Assembly (NCBI RefSeq): GCF_018350175.1
Contig: NC_058368.1
Coordinates: forward strand, 157,234,001-157,298,000
Direction of reading: 5' to 3'
From: Felis catus
Taxonomy: Eukaryota
DNA: 64,000 nt
A program made the position numbers and the translations under genes. Below the pieces are notes generated by a model. The model worked only from the letters and a program-made list of their open reading frames with translations. It made no database searches and was not told the origin of the DNA. The first letter of the stretch is position 1; the number at the start of each line of letters is the position of its first letter. Below are positions 50,656 through 64,000 of the stretch, piece after piece.

Positions 50656-50766
50656 AATAGTCCCTTCTTGAGAAATAGTCCCTTCTTGAGAAAATTCCTC
50701 CCTAAATAGATTATATTCCTCCCTATATATATTCCTCCCTATATATATTCCTCCCTAAATAGATTA
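50656..50766. repeat. Cluster of short tandem duplications (18-bp x2, then ATTCCTCCCTA x4)
   Basis: AATAGTCCCTTCTTGAGA at 50656-50673 and 50674-50691; ATTCCTCCCTA at 50694, 50715, 50731 and 50747. Confidence 0.9.
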
Positions 50767-51392
50767 CAGAGAAATTTGTCCATCAATGATCCAAAGAAAA
50801 AGTAGGTTGTGATTAGATGTTACCATGAACTTTTAGTTTCTTTCATATAATGAAGGGGTTGAAGTAGCCCTGCTCCAAGGTAATGGTCTGGGTACATACA
50901 AGATCTCATGCCCAAATGCTGTAGGCAGCCTCTTTTCTGTCCACTCACATTGGGGAGTGAGCTTGCCTTATGCCACTTGTGGAGCTGGACATTGTCTGGA
51001 TAGTTGAAGGTTCCCATTCTCCAGCAGAGGGCAGAAACCATGAAGGAATATCCAAAAATGCATTATTAAGAAATAAAAAGTAAAACTCTTTGAGTGGTCT
51101 CAGTTTGCGTTTTGTGATTTTTATTTCATTACATGCAAAGATTTAAAATATGCTCTTGCCTGGGGAAGAAAGCTGTTTGTCAACCCTAAGGTAATATTAT
51201 ATGTGGTTCTTTATACTTTTTGAAAGTTATAGACCACCACAGTCTCTATCCTGAGAGGAAAAGCAGGAATGTTTCCAGAAAAATTGGTGATTACAACACT
51301 AATGGAAAGAGGGTGGCGAGAAGAAGAAAGATTTGGGGTTAGGAGTGAAGAAAGAAAAATACAGCAATTCTTGGCAAAACAGGATATATAGT

Positions 51393-51437
51393 TTTTTGTT
51401 TTGTTTTGTTTTGTTTTGTTTTGTTTTGTTTTGTTTT
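51393..51437. repeat. (TTTTG)n pentanucleotide repeat
   Basis: Directly visible. Confidence 0.95.
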
Positions 51438-52210
51438 CAGAAACTGTCATAGAATAAAACTTAAATACTCCCCCTATGGGACGCCCTCAGGAAAATCCTC
51501 TACAGAGGCTGACACTCCTGACACTGACGTATCTTGATGTTTCCTTCTCACATGGAATTAACAGACTATGACTGTGTTCTTAAAGTATACAAAGGTCTCT
51601 TTGAAAGAGCTGCTTTCAAAGAAGTAGCCTAAACATCTGTGCTGAGAAAAAATATATTCAGAGTACCTGGAAATTCTCTACTAAAACTTCTTTGTTTAGA
51701 AATATATATACATATATTTCTATATATACTTCTATATATTATATACTTCTATAAATTAATTGAAGAGAAAGCCATCTCTTTGAATTCCCAACAAGGCAGA
51801 AGAAAGTAATGACAGTTTCTGAGTTAAGAAAATGTAATATGCCCATTCATACCTATCTCCTTATGGCAGAGTAGTTATCTGGTTGATTTCTAAGACTGGC
51901 TGTTCACTCCAGGCAAACTCAAATGAATCACCCTACCAAGATCTCAACCAAGAGATCCAAGACTGTTCAGACTATCAAAGAATCCTACCTTCAGAAGAAG
52001 GTTGAAAACAACACTGGTAACTGGCTGTTGTTTAGCATTGAATTGATAGGGAATAAAAGGACAATGAAACTTAACTCTTTGGGTCTTGGGACTTTGAAAT
52101 ATACACCTTACCCATTGAAATGAATCTAATATGAGTCCAGCCTCAAAGTGGGGAATCTTCCCTAATTTGGGCAAGCTTTAAGAGTCTCTAACTTGAAATT
52201 ATGACCATGA

Positions 52211-52654
<444 letters not shown>

Positions 52655-52688
52655 TAGTGACTAGATGTAATATTCAATTCCTTTTCAG

Positions 52689-52723
52689 ACTCAGGAGGGC
52701 CTTTACATTTGGGAGAAATAGAG
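52689..52723 (+). CDS. RFESD: RFESD 35-nt coding micro-exon
   Basis: CTTTTCAG acceptor, GAG|GTATGT donor. Completes His of the Rieske CxH box and reads HSGGPLHLGEIE; 175+35 nt restores frame 0 for the last exon. Not in the ORF track. Confidence 0.92.
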
Positions 52724-54329
52724 GTATGTAAAATCTATTCTCTACAAATTCACGTTTTACTTATATTGTCTCATTCTGTATGCAAAAAAATTGTATTTGA
52801 GTTTTAACTGTCTTTTAATGCTTTGAGTATAATTGCTAATATTCTAGAAATTTACAGTCCTACAATGTAGAGAAAACTATTTCACAGATAAATATGAGAA
52901 GTATGCATGTCTTCTGACCTAACAATTATACTCTGATATCTACCCACCAGATATAATTGCACAAATGTTTAAGAATATATAAAGGAGAGGTTTACTGTGG
53001 CATTATTTGTCATAATGAAAAATTGAAGGCAACCTAAATGTTTTAACAATAGGAAACAGTTTCAATAAGCTATGAATAGCCATGCTGTGGAAAACTGTGC
53101 AGCCACCAAATTAATGAGGCAGATTTTTGTGTGTTGGTATGGAGGGATGTCAGCAGTATATCTCTGAGCAGAAAAAAGCAAGCCATAGAATAATAGGTCT
53201 AATGAGATCCAATTTTTTAAATAAAAAGTAACATTCACTTTTTACTTTTTACTGCACAGTTTGATTTTTTTCGGTGATTATATATTACCTGTATAATGTA
53301 GTAAAAATGTGTGTATTTAAAAAAAAATTTTTTTAAAAAGGCTTATCTGAGGAGGGAATGGGGGAACTGTCTTACTTCCAAACTAGCTAGCCGCCTAATT
53401 TGTTTTCTACTTATAAAACTGATCTCTCTCCCTCCTTCCCTCCCTCTCCTCCCTGAACAGTACAAAATGAATGCTTAAACTTAGTGTTCCACTCTCTCTA
53501 CACTTCATATCTACCTATTTCCACACCTGTCCTCATGTTAAAGGACATACATTATGAACATGAATGTATAAATTATGAAAATGTGAATGTTTGTTGACAG
53601 TTCTGTGGGGTTACAATATCAGCACTCCTACACTTCTGGTGTAGAGAAAAAGGTAAGCACGTGGTGATGATAATGTGAAAGAATTTCCCTGAGTTTTGGA
53701 CCATAATGAGAGCTGTAAGACTTTGCTCCTCCAAGTGTGATCCATAGACCAGCAACACTGGCGTCACCTGGGAGTTTGTTGGAACCACAGAATCTTGTAC
53801 CCTACCCTAAGCCTACTGAACTTAAACAAGATCCAGGTGATTCCCATGCTGTTTAAAACTTGAGAACCACTGACTTAAGACAGTTAAAAAGTTGAGAATT
53901 GACTACTTTGAGTCACAGATCACTCTTCAGTTAACGTATACACTCATGCCTTTAGTAACCTTCTTAAATTTATATTTGAAGCTTACTGTGCTCCCAGCGG
54001 CTAGAGGAAATTCCTTTAGAAGCACTTGATGCCCTTGTCCCATTTCTGTCAAGGAAGTGACGTTCACATCTAATACATAACAGCATAGCTTCAGTCACAT
54101 GGTGTAGTTGCCTGAGCTCATTTTCTGATACAGTTCTAACACGCTGGGTTTCTAATCAAATCCAAAAGGGACCTGATGACTGCTAAGATTAGGTTCTGCC
54201 TTATGCTGAATAATTTGTAAATGGAAGGAAAAAAGAGGAGCTGGCCTGTTCTTTAACCTGGTTATTCTGCAATAGAATCTGTTCTGAGTCTGAGATTTAT
54301 TGTGAATGTTGGAAATGTCAGACTATTAA

Positions 54330-54614
<285 letters not shown>

Positions 54615-55490
54615 TAAAATTATACGGCAATGAAAAATGGTGTGTGTGTTTGGAAAATATTTTTAGAGTAACTTTGCTTCAATACCAAAGAGGATTAATT
54701 TTCCCAAAACAGGCACATTTATTACTTACTTTAAAAAAATCACATACATCTGAGCAGTTCAAAGTGATGTAAGGATTATTGTTAAGATCTATAGAATACA
54801 TTTCACCCAATCCTCTGGACTGATTGGAACCTGAAGGTTATAGGTTTGGAATGTGCATTTTCAGGGTGAAAATAATTTGCAGTAACCACATTGAAAAAGG
54901 TAAAAATAAGATCTAATAAGAACCATTGGGGAGGGGGGTAATCCTTATTTTGATGTAGTAGACTTTATCTTGCAAAAGTTTTAATATATACAAACTAAAC
55001 AAAATAATGTAACAAACTCTCATCACCTAGCTTCAACAATTACCAGCATTCTTCCATTCTTATTTCCATTCTTATTTCACTGATACCTCCACACACTCTC
55101 CATCTCCCCTATTTATTATTCTTACTTTTTAAAAGTAAAATTTAAATACACTGAAATACTTAAATCTCAACTATTCAATATTTCTAAATACATAGCAGAC
55201 TTGTTATACTTTAAAAATGTCTCCAAAATGGGGTTGATTTACATGCTTCATTTAAAAATAAGAAACTTATTCAACACTTACATACAACACCTGGTGCTCG
55301 TCACAAGTGCACCCCTTAATCCTCATGTACTGCGCATTGAAACCACATAAATCTTGGCTCAGTTTCTCTCTGGTCAAGGCAGACACTCCTAAAGTAAGGA
55401 AGATACACACAGCTGCTTCCCAGACATGAAGAACGTGAAGTCTCTTACTCAATGAGCCAAAGTACTGGGAGTGCCTAGATGAAATTGTCA

Positions 55491-55496
55491 AATAAA
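55491..55496 (+). terminator. Candidate RFESD polyadenylation signal (AATAAA)
   Basis: AATAAA followed by a GT/T-rich tract, about 880 nt after the stop. Confidence 0.35.
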
Positions 55497-56650
55497 GGTG
55501 TTCTTTCTTTTTTCAGAATTTCGTGATGTGTGTAGAACTAAGCATTCCGTGTAAGTGTTACAGAGAAGAGATATAGGATGTTCTTCCTCGGAGTCCTTTC
55601 TGCTGAGTTCACAGGCAGGGTTGATGTTAAATTGGTCCACCCTGTTTTTACATGCCAGTTATTTATGGCCAACACTATTCTGGTTGCCTCGTGCCACACT
55701 GTACCAGAACACTCTGGGTGCTTATCATCTAAAATGCGGCAGCATATAGTAGAATATAAGAATAAGAAGGACCAGAACCAGGATGAACAGATTATGAATT
55801 CAGAGAAATCTGTGAGAAAAGCTGTTTGTCAAAATTGGAACTTTGTCTCAAAAGCACAGTAATCTTCTTAGTGGCACAGGATTGAATTAAGGCTCCAAAC
55901 ATAATACTTAACATTCTAAGGGGGCCACCTGGACTCTTTCCCTTGGTTATTGTAAAAATAATAAGTGACTAAAATACTTATCATTAAGGGTCTGCTTACA
56001 GAGCCCTTTGCTACATATTACATTTCCTTTTCTGATGGAATATGGGTAACATGAGGTAATATAACACTTGTTACTCATTTCTCAGACTACTAAAAAGCCA
56101 GGGCTGGACTTTTTGTAAATATTGTTCATGGCAGTAGCTATTTACCAGGTACGGGAAATGTATGTACCATCACTGGATGGGTACATCTTCGCCTATTATA
56201 TCAGGTGCTGATCCTCCAATGACCAGTCAGGTCTTAACATGTGTCCAGAATTTAAAACACATGGAAGAAACCTAAGTACCTTCTGCAGGCAAAACAGTGG
56301 CCCTCATTTGCAGGACCAGTTACAGAAGCATTCTCTCTCAGAAGCCAGTGGCAACAATGAGTAACATTAACTTGATTTCTGGTTCTAAATTTGTTCCTCT
56401 AAATCTGGAAATAAAAATTATCATATTCTATCCTTACATACAGAAATCTTCTGTAAGATTTCGAAACAATATTGTGTTTTATAAATTTATTATACGTGAC
56501 TTACAACTCCTACAGATGAGTTATAAAAGGATTGATAACAGGCAGTTTCAAACTATGCAGCCTGTATATAGAAAAAAAAAATCCCCTTATTATCTCTGAA
56601 AAAGTAATGTAGCATTTTGATACAGAGTGTGTTTTCCCTCCAGATAAATA

Positions 56651-56971
56651 CAGTTGATCGTTGAACAATGCAGGGGATGGGGGTACCATCCCCCTCACAG
56701 TCAAAATTCTACATAAAACTTTGGACTCCCCCAAAACTTAACTACTAATAGTCTACTGTTAACCAGAAGCCTGACTGATTACATAAACAGTCAATTAACA
56801 CACTTTTTGAATATTCTATGTATCATACACTGTATTCTTAAAGTAAGCTAGAGAAAATATTAAAATCATAAGGAAGAGAATATACATTTACAGTACTATA
56901 ATGTATTTATTTTAAAAGATCTGCATATAAGTAGGTTTGCATAGTTAAAACCCATGTTCAAGGGCCAACTG
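56651..56971. mobile_element. Tigger2-like non-autonomous DNA transposon (TcMar-Tigger)
   Basis: Terminal inverted repeats CAGTTGATCGTTGAACA ... TGTTCAAGGGCCAACTG, flanked by TA at 56649-56650 and 56972-56973. Confidence 0.85.
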
Positions 56972-57106
56972 TAATTGGAAAGATACTTTAAACAAATCAG
57001 TAATAAAAACATAAATGCATTATAAATATACCCATGTTATAAACCATAGCATAAAGTCTAACCCTCCAAAGGGTACACTTTCTTGTTCATTAAAAAATAT
57101 CATATA

Positions 57107-57280
57107 GGGGCACCTGGGTGGCTCAGTCAGTTAAGCATCTGACTCTTGATTTTGGTTCAGGTCATGATCTCACATCTCATAAGTTTGAGCCCTATGTCAG
57201 GCTCTGCGTTAACAGCATGCAGCCTGCTTGGGATTTTCTCTCTCTCTGTCTGCCCCTTATTCATGTATGTGCACGTGCTT

Positions 57281-57320
<40 letters not shown>

Positions 57321-57335
57321 TATATAAACTTTAAA
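57107..57335 (+). mobile_element. CanSINE between the RFESD and SPATA9 3' ends
   Basis: Head GGGGCACCTGGGTGGCTCAGTC, long (CT)n. Confidence 0.92.
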
Positions 57336-57544
57336 ATCATAGTCATACATAAATTCTACATCAAGATTCATTTTATTTTCTCCACTATATAAGTACTTGA
57401 GAATGACATTTTAGTAGTTCTCTACCCCTTTTCTAAAGCAGAGCATTCAGCATATGAAAACTAGTTTCTTAGTTTTGTCAGTTGAAATGTGATTAGATAG
57501 ATAGCTCTTAAGCTCCACTCAATGATATTTATGTTCAGATTTTC

Positions 57545-57832
57545 TCATTCATTCATTTCAGTGCATTGGTCAAACACAGAATGTAAAACCTGGATCTTGT
57601 TACTCAACTTATTGGCAAGAAGTTTGGAGCAATCCGAAATACTGTCTGGTTTCTCTGGTAATGACCTGTAAGGTTTTGCTTTGATTTCACCTTCATCAAA
57701 CGTAGGTTCAGAAAGCACAGGCTCTGAAAAGGCTTTTCTAACATTTTCACTCTCCTTTCTGTTTTGCCTTATGGATTCTTCTTCTTGGAAAATTTTCTTT
57801 ACCTTCTCCAGCACAGCATTAACACAGACTGC
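57545..57832 (-). CDS. SPATA9: Spermatogenesis-associated protein 9, last coding exon
   Basis: Minus-strand acceptor ATTATTAG|GCA at 57833-57834. Reads [43 protein letters not shown]...[15 protein letters not shown]. Minus-strand AATAAA at 57372-57377. Confidence 0.93.
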   Translation of the reverse strand, partial: AVCVNAVLEKVKKIFQEEESIRQNRKESENVRKAFSEPVLSEPTFDEGEIKAKPYRSLPEKPDSISDCSKLLANKLSNKIQVLHSVFDQCTEMNE

Positions 57833-60329
57833 CTAATAATAAAAAAATGTGTTTGAAAAGTAAAGTTTCTTCTTAAGCTACTGAACTTTCCACTAACAAA
57901 TCCAATAAAATATTTAACATAAAGCCATTAATCTACTTAATTCTAATAAAGAAGCGCTTCCTTTCCTGGCACATGATAAATATCTAGAGATTGCTTCCTT
58001 GTTCTAAATATATTACATCATAAGCTAGAAAGAAAATTAAAGCCTGGTATACTTCAGTAAAGACAAGTTTTCCCTCTTTTCCCTTCAATTCATTAGTTCT
58101 CTTACATCTTTACTCCCTGATTTAATTAAACTCTTTTATTCTCCTGAATTAAATGAAACATTTTCTGGGAGATGAAATTTGTCACCAAACATGTTAATAT
58201 CTCAAAGTACGTTTTTGTTTTTAATTTTTCCCCCTAGACTTTGCTTATACCTATGTGTACAATTGGAAGGGCATTAACATTTTAGAAAGAATTTAGTAAC
58301 CCAGTGGAGCAATGATTTCTAAACAAACACACGATCCATTTTCCCTCCAAAAAAAAAAAATAAAATGCCATTCAGTACTTTAAGAGTGTCAAAACAAAAC
58401 ACATAGAGAAATTTAACTTTGAAAATTGAGAACCACTAAGAACTATATCCAGTAAACTTATTCTGTAAGTTTACTAATGAAGATGATGATGCCTAGTGTT
58501 TAAGACAAGTAACAAGAATAATGAAATCCACAAATATGAGAATACCTAACCAGCTTATTTTACCAAAGTGATGCCTAAAGCTGACATAACGGGCAATAAA
58601 CACTTTGAAGATTTTCCTAAAGAGGGTAACGGAAAAAAGATTAAGGGCCTTAGACTGACAAGTTCTTCCTGACCTCCTGCCTCCTCCTCTCTTGGCCTGC
58701 ATCCCACTGATGCTTTCCTTCACTTTCCTGTAGTTAGTATGTAGTCACCTGACCCTGTTCCAGCCAAAAAATAAAATAAAATATGTCTACTGGGGGAAGG
58801 TCAGGAGGGATTTTTGGAAGTTTTTCTCCTATATAAAAAGGAAGGCTCTTCATCTTTGCCTCCTAATTTGGACAATGATATAGATAGGATGCCTGACCAT
58901 GAGGTGACAAACCTAAGGATCAAAAACAACAAACAAGGTAGCAGAAGAGAAAAATGGAAAGGCCCTGGGTTCATGATGACATTGTAGATCCACTGTACAA
59001 ACCTGGGAACCACCTAACTCTAGACTTCTAATTAACTGAGATATGTAAATGTCTTCATTGATGAAGGCCCTGGCAGCTATTTTTTGTTACATGCATACAA
59101 GTATATCCCAACCAGGACCTATAAAATTTTGAGGTCCGTCACTTTCAGCTGCAAACAGCTTCATTCATTTATCCCCATATGTGATCATTTTCTATGTATG
59201 CCATGCTGTGAAAGATTAGGAAGCCCTGTCCTATTTGATGTATTTCTTCTTCCCTCACCTACAAAATTTTATCTGTGTCCATTATAACCACTTCTACCCC
59301 AGTCTCCGAAAATGAAGGGTCTTGATCAAGATCAGTATCTATGTTTCTTTTTAACCTATAGCCTACCTGTTCTCTATTAATAATCCCCTGCCTTTTCAGC
59401 CTCTCGTTCTTGACTGGCTCTTCCCCTGCAACTTAGAATGTGTTCCAGTATCTTCCATCTTAAAATTAAATATTAAAAACCCCTGGCACCCTGTCTCCCT
59501 CTTGATTGCTATATATGCTGGCTTTTCTTGATCAAACCAGAGTCTCTGTTCATGGCTTCCATTGTACCATCTCCTCTTCACTCTGAAACCAGCTTATTCC
59601 TGTCCTCCTTATCCTGTCGCATCACTGAAATAGTTCTCAAGATGGTTGACTCCAACATCTTTTGTACTAGATCTAGACACTTTTCACAACTTTATTTTAC
59701 TTGACTTTTTCTGTTTATATTTGACACCTAACTGCCCACAACTTCCTGACTCTCTATTTCCTTGACACTTTTTCTCCTGATTCTCTTCCTACTTTTCTGA
59801 TTACTCCTTTTTTGTCTCCTTCACAGATTTGCTCTTAGCTCACCGTAAATGTTGCTATTTTTCACATTTCTTTTGACTTTCCATTTCCAGACTTTTCACT
59901 TTTTCCACTGTGGTTCCATACACAGGGCATTAACTTCCAACATGTATGTTATTTGATTTCAAAATCATAACTCCAGCCCTGGCCTCTCCTAGACGTTGGG
60001 TTGGATACATGACCAATCATCAGGTCCCCCAAAATACTGTTTCTTTTACCTACTTAGAAAATTTATAGCATGACAAGTCATGTGGGATGATTTCAAAAGC
60101 CTTTGAGAAATTAGAGTTTAATTTTGGTGTTAGTCTAATTTGTTTTAGTTTTACCATATCTATTTCATTCCACCCATTTTTTGAAGCATTTTTGCATTCT
60201 AGCTCAGTTGGATGTCATTTTTGCGTGAGATTCACATTTAAGATATTGAGCATTTCTCAAAAGTTTTAAATGCTTGTAAAATATTTATAACTTCAGTTAT
60301 TTAAAAAAAAACTATGAATATGTTTAAAA

Positions 60330-62130
60330 GTCCTTTTACTTTTTTTTTTCAATGATGTCTTGGCTCTTCTTGACCTTTTTCATTCCCCTCTAAATTTTAG
60401 AATAAAATAGTCAACTTACACACCTGCTGATATTTAAATTGGGACTACAATGAATCTATAGATTATGGGAAAAACTGAATCTTTAGTATTGTGTGTTTCA
60501 ATCTGATAAAAAATATTAACAAAAATATATAAGATCTTGAACAACAACAAACCCATAAGAATTATTGAGAAATTAAAGACCTAAACAAATAGAGGGATAG
60601 ACCATGTACAAGGATTGAAGGGAGGACTTATTCTACTAGTTATCAAGACTTATAAAGCTCTTGTAAATAATACAATATTGAATCTAAGAATAGAAAAATA
60701 GATCAACTGAATAGAACAGAGAGTCTATAAACAGACCTGCATATATAAGGACACTTGATATATGATAAAAGAAGTATTCTGGGGCAATAGGAAAAGTACC
60801 CCCCCCATAAATTGAGTTGGATCAGTTGGATACCCATGAAGGAAAAATTTGTTCCTTACCTGATACCAATTCCAGATGGATTATAAATTTGAAAATGAAA
60901 GGTAAAATAACAAAGTTCCTAGAATATATCAGGAGGAATAGTTTCATGACTTTGGGTATAGGTTAAGATTCCCTAATTAAGATATAAAAAGCACTTAACA
61001 TAAAGAAAAGATTAATACCTTGAACTACATTAAAATTAGAAACTTCTGTTTTAAAGACACTGCTAAAAGAGTGAAAAGGAAGTCATTGAATAAAAGAAAT
61101 AACCAAAAGAGGGTTTATTCCTAGAATATATTTTTAAAGTACAAATCAATAATAAAAAGATAGAATAGAAAAATAGAAGACTTTAACAGAAATTCACAAA
61201 AAAGGCTATCCAAATGTCCACTTAGTGCATAAAAATGAACTCAATCTCATTAACAATCAAGGAAATGCAAACTAAAGCCACAATGTGATAATACTACATA
61301 TCCACAAGAATAGCTAAAATGGAAAAGACTGACAATACCGACTGTTTGGCAGTATCTGCTAGACATGAACATGTGCATATTCTGGTGGTCCCGTAATTTT
61401 ACCAAAACATATGTACAAGAATATTCATAGAAACCATATTCACAATGGCCAAAACTACAAGTAATATAAAATATATAATAATAATATATATTATGTAACA
61501 TATTATAAATATATATTTATATTATTAATATATTTATGTAATATATAAATATAATGTTATGTTTATATAATATAAACTATTATAGTTATAATATATATTG
61601 TTATATATTATATTATAATGCTATATAATATTAAATTAATATATTATATAAAATACATCATATTATATTATTATAATAATATTATATTTATATAATAATA
61701 TTCAATTCAAACCACAAAATGGATAGTGGCACATATATTGAATACATATATGTTCTATATATATACACACATATATATATTTCAACAAATGGAATAATAC
61801 ACAGCAATGAAAATCAACAAACTACTACTATACACAATAAATCTCATAATGATAATGTTGAGCAAAAAAGGACAAATATAAAAGAATATATAGTATTTCA
61901 TTTATATACAATTTACAGAAAACTGTCTTTAGTGTTAGAAGTCAAAATAATGGTTACTTTTATATAAGAGGCAAGTGATTTGTGAGGGGAATAAGAAAGA
62001 AGCTTCTAGAATGATGATTACATTTTGTTTCTCAATGTGTGTGTGGTAGGTAGATTAATAGCTTTTGTGAGAATTCATCAAGCTGTGTAGTTTTCTGTCT
62101 TTGTGTGTTATACTTTTTTTAAAAAAAAAT
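60330..62130 (+). mobile_element. Old L1M (ORF2 3' part and 3' UTR), rearranged, with internal AT-rich expansion at about 61465-61700
   Basis: Degenerate L1 phrases (AATAGATCAACTGAATAGAACAGAGAGTC, ACTACATTAAAATTAGAAACTTCTG, GGAAATGCAAACTAAAGCCACAATG); the first ~170 bp are antisense. Confidence 0.7.
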
Positions 62131-62636
62131 TTAAAGGTAAGTATAAATGGCAATGATTAAAAGAAAATAACCCCTTATAATTTATAAAACCCTTTATACT
62201 TTTGTCACACTTTGTAATGAACACTTTTGAATTACAACACTTGTAATTCAAAATACACTAATATTTGTATTCCCCATATCATGGACCTAATTGATGGAAT
62301 GCTGAACTTTAGCCAACCATGGCACAATGGCTGAAACAAAACAACCATAGCTAAGTGAAAGTAAAACCAAAACATTTTGAACAAATCATAATAAACATTA
62401 TAAAAATAATTTTAGTTATTTAAGCAAATTAGTTTTTGGTGAATTGACTTGGGTCAGAAATGGGTTGACTTTACCTCAGAAAAGTAATTTTATTTTAGAA
62501 GAGTAAATTTTTAATGTAAAATTGTGTAATAAGAGAATAGTACCTTGGTTTATGAATTTATAATATATATCTATATCTTTAACATACATGAAATAAGTAT
62601 ATTTATATCTAGATTGTAATAATTTTCTTAACTCAC

Positions 62637-62732
62637 CAAATAAATTAGTGCTGCATATGAAGCATACATGATGCTAGCTAAAGCAGTCTTTGCTGGAAAA
62701 GAAATGATTTCGAACAAAGAACCCCTTCTGAC
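62637..62732 (-). CDS. SPATA9: SPATA9 penultimate coding exon (96 bp, phase 0), includes most of a predicted TM segment
   Basis: Acceptor TTTTTGCAG|GTC, donor TTG|GTGAGT. Reads [32 protein letters not shown] and joins in frame to AVCVNAVL. Earlier exons are outside the window. Confidence 0.92.
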
Positions 62733-64000
62733 CTGCAAAAACAGAAGAGTTTTCTTATTATAATAAAAGTTTTCAATGTTACAATGTTAAATTTTACCAT
62801 GTTATTGTAAAATGAGAATTTCAATATTTCTTTCCAAAAAAAGTTATCTACTGGATCTATCTGGGTTTTTTTCACATTCTGAAAATATTTCGGTTTATTT
62901 TTCTCTTTGTGTTTTTTTTTTTTTACAAAAAGGTACTTTCTTTTGCTATGACAGATCTATAAAAACCTATGAAAGATCTATAAAAAACCTTGCATTTCCA
63001 AAATCTAAATTACTTTAACTTTTTTACATTTAACAAGTTGTGCTCACTAGGGGGTGCCACTGTGCATGTTGTTAGAAAAACAGTCTTTTCTTTGTTCAAA
63101 TTCATGTAATCATCCTTTACTAAATTATTCACCTCTTCATTAAGCAAGCAGCAATCGAAATACTAAGGATTTCCTGCAGATTAATGACCTGCTTGGAAAT
63201 GTTAATCATGAGACTGCTGAAGGCCAGCATTAACCTTAGATGAACATTAAGCTTCAGGGAATGCTCTGTGCTCACATCCAGCATGCATTTTGAAACAGAG
63301 AAGGTTTACACCAATAACGAATTTGTCTCTCAGATGTTTCTAGCTTCAGGTGGTAGCTGTCCCTGCCTCAAACATAACAGAATATATTTAGTTTAAGGGA
63401 ACTGTACTCTCTTCTAGGTCACCTCTGTTGCCTTGAGTAGGATATGAAATGAGGACATTAGGAAAAACATTCCTTTCCCATTCAGCAGTGTAGTGGCAGT
63501 TAGCCATGCTCCTCTGAGGTAAGTGCCAAGACACTCAGTGGCTTCAATAACTCCCAAAGGTACAGGCTGTAGCTAATAAAATCGTGTAAATACACAGTAA
63601 AAATGCATACAAACTAGAAAGAACAGCATGTATGTGTATGTTATTTAAAACATTGAAAAACTGGAACAATTGATAGCAGGACGGTTAGGTAAAATAAGCT
63701 GTATCTACTTAATGGCATATTATAGCCTTTTAAAAGGTGCTTCTGAAGGATGCGTAATACCACTTTGTTGAACAAACATTTGTATGGCACTGTGTTCTAT
63801 CTAAGTGCTTGTAGTATCTTCAGTTTTTGCTTACTGCTACCACTGCAGAATGAAGAACAAAATTGCCCATCGCGATTTATCTTCCTCTCTCCCTTAAGTG
63901 ATTTATGGAATGCTGACGCCAAGAACACGCTCTAGCCTGCTAGTTGAGAGATGGAGGTGGGGGTGGTGGGGAGGAGCCCCTTCTGCTTCCTTGTTTTCCA

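Noticed and set aside
50694..50766. CRISPR-like repeat-spacer appearance
   Set aside because: Repeats are 11 bp with 5-10 bp non-unique spacers, no cas genes, mammalian DNA; this is slippage.
61465..61700. Extremely AT-rich tract as a functional element
   Set aside because: Degenerate (TA)n expansion inside an old L1; low complexity.

Overview
Mammalian genomic DNA, almost certainly from a cat-family carnivore (many Felidae-type CanSINEs and a feline-type L1). It carries the conserved gene block ARSK (last two coding exons, +), GPR150 (intronless orphan GPCR in a CpG island, +), RFESD (CpG-island promoter plus three coding exons of a 157-aa Rieske protein, +) and SPATA9 (last two coding exons, -). 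The rest is SINE, LINE, LTR and DNA-transposon derived sequence. I see no evidence of a wholly new biological system. The most notable signals are unusual products of L1 retrotransposition. One is a 4.5-kb TSD-flanked L1 whose 5' UTR is joined directly to the last 62 codons of ORF1, consistent with a spliced ORF1-less/ORF2-retaining RNA that was re-integrated about 0.5 kb upstream of the RFESD promoter. The others are two tailless 5'-fragment snRNA retrocopies (U2 nested in a SINE, U4 in an RFESD intron), each with a clean target-site duplication. Small slippage events also appear to have moved the stop codons of ARSK and SPATA9. Gene and repeat-family names come from my recognition of the sequences, not from database searches.
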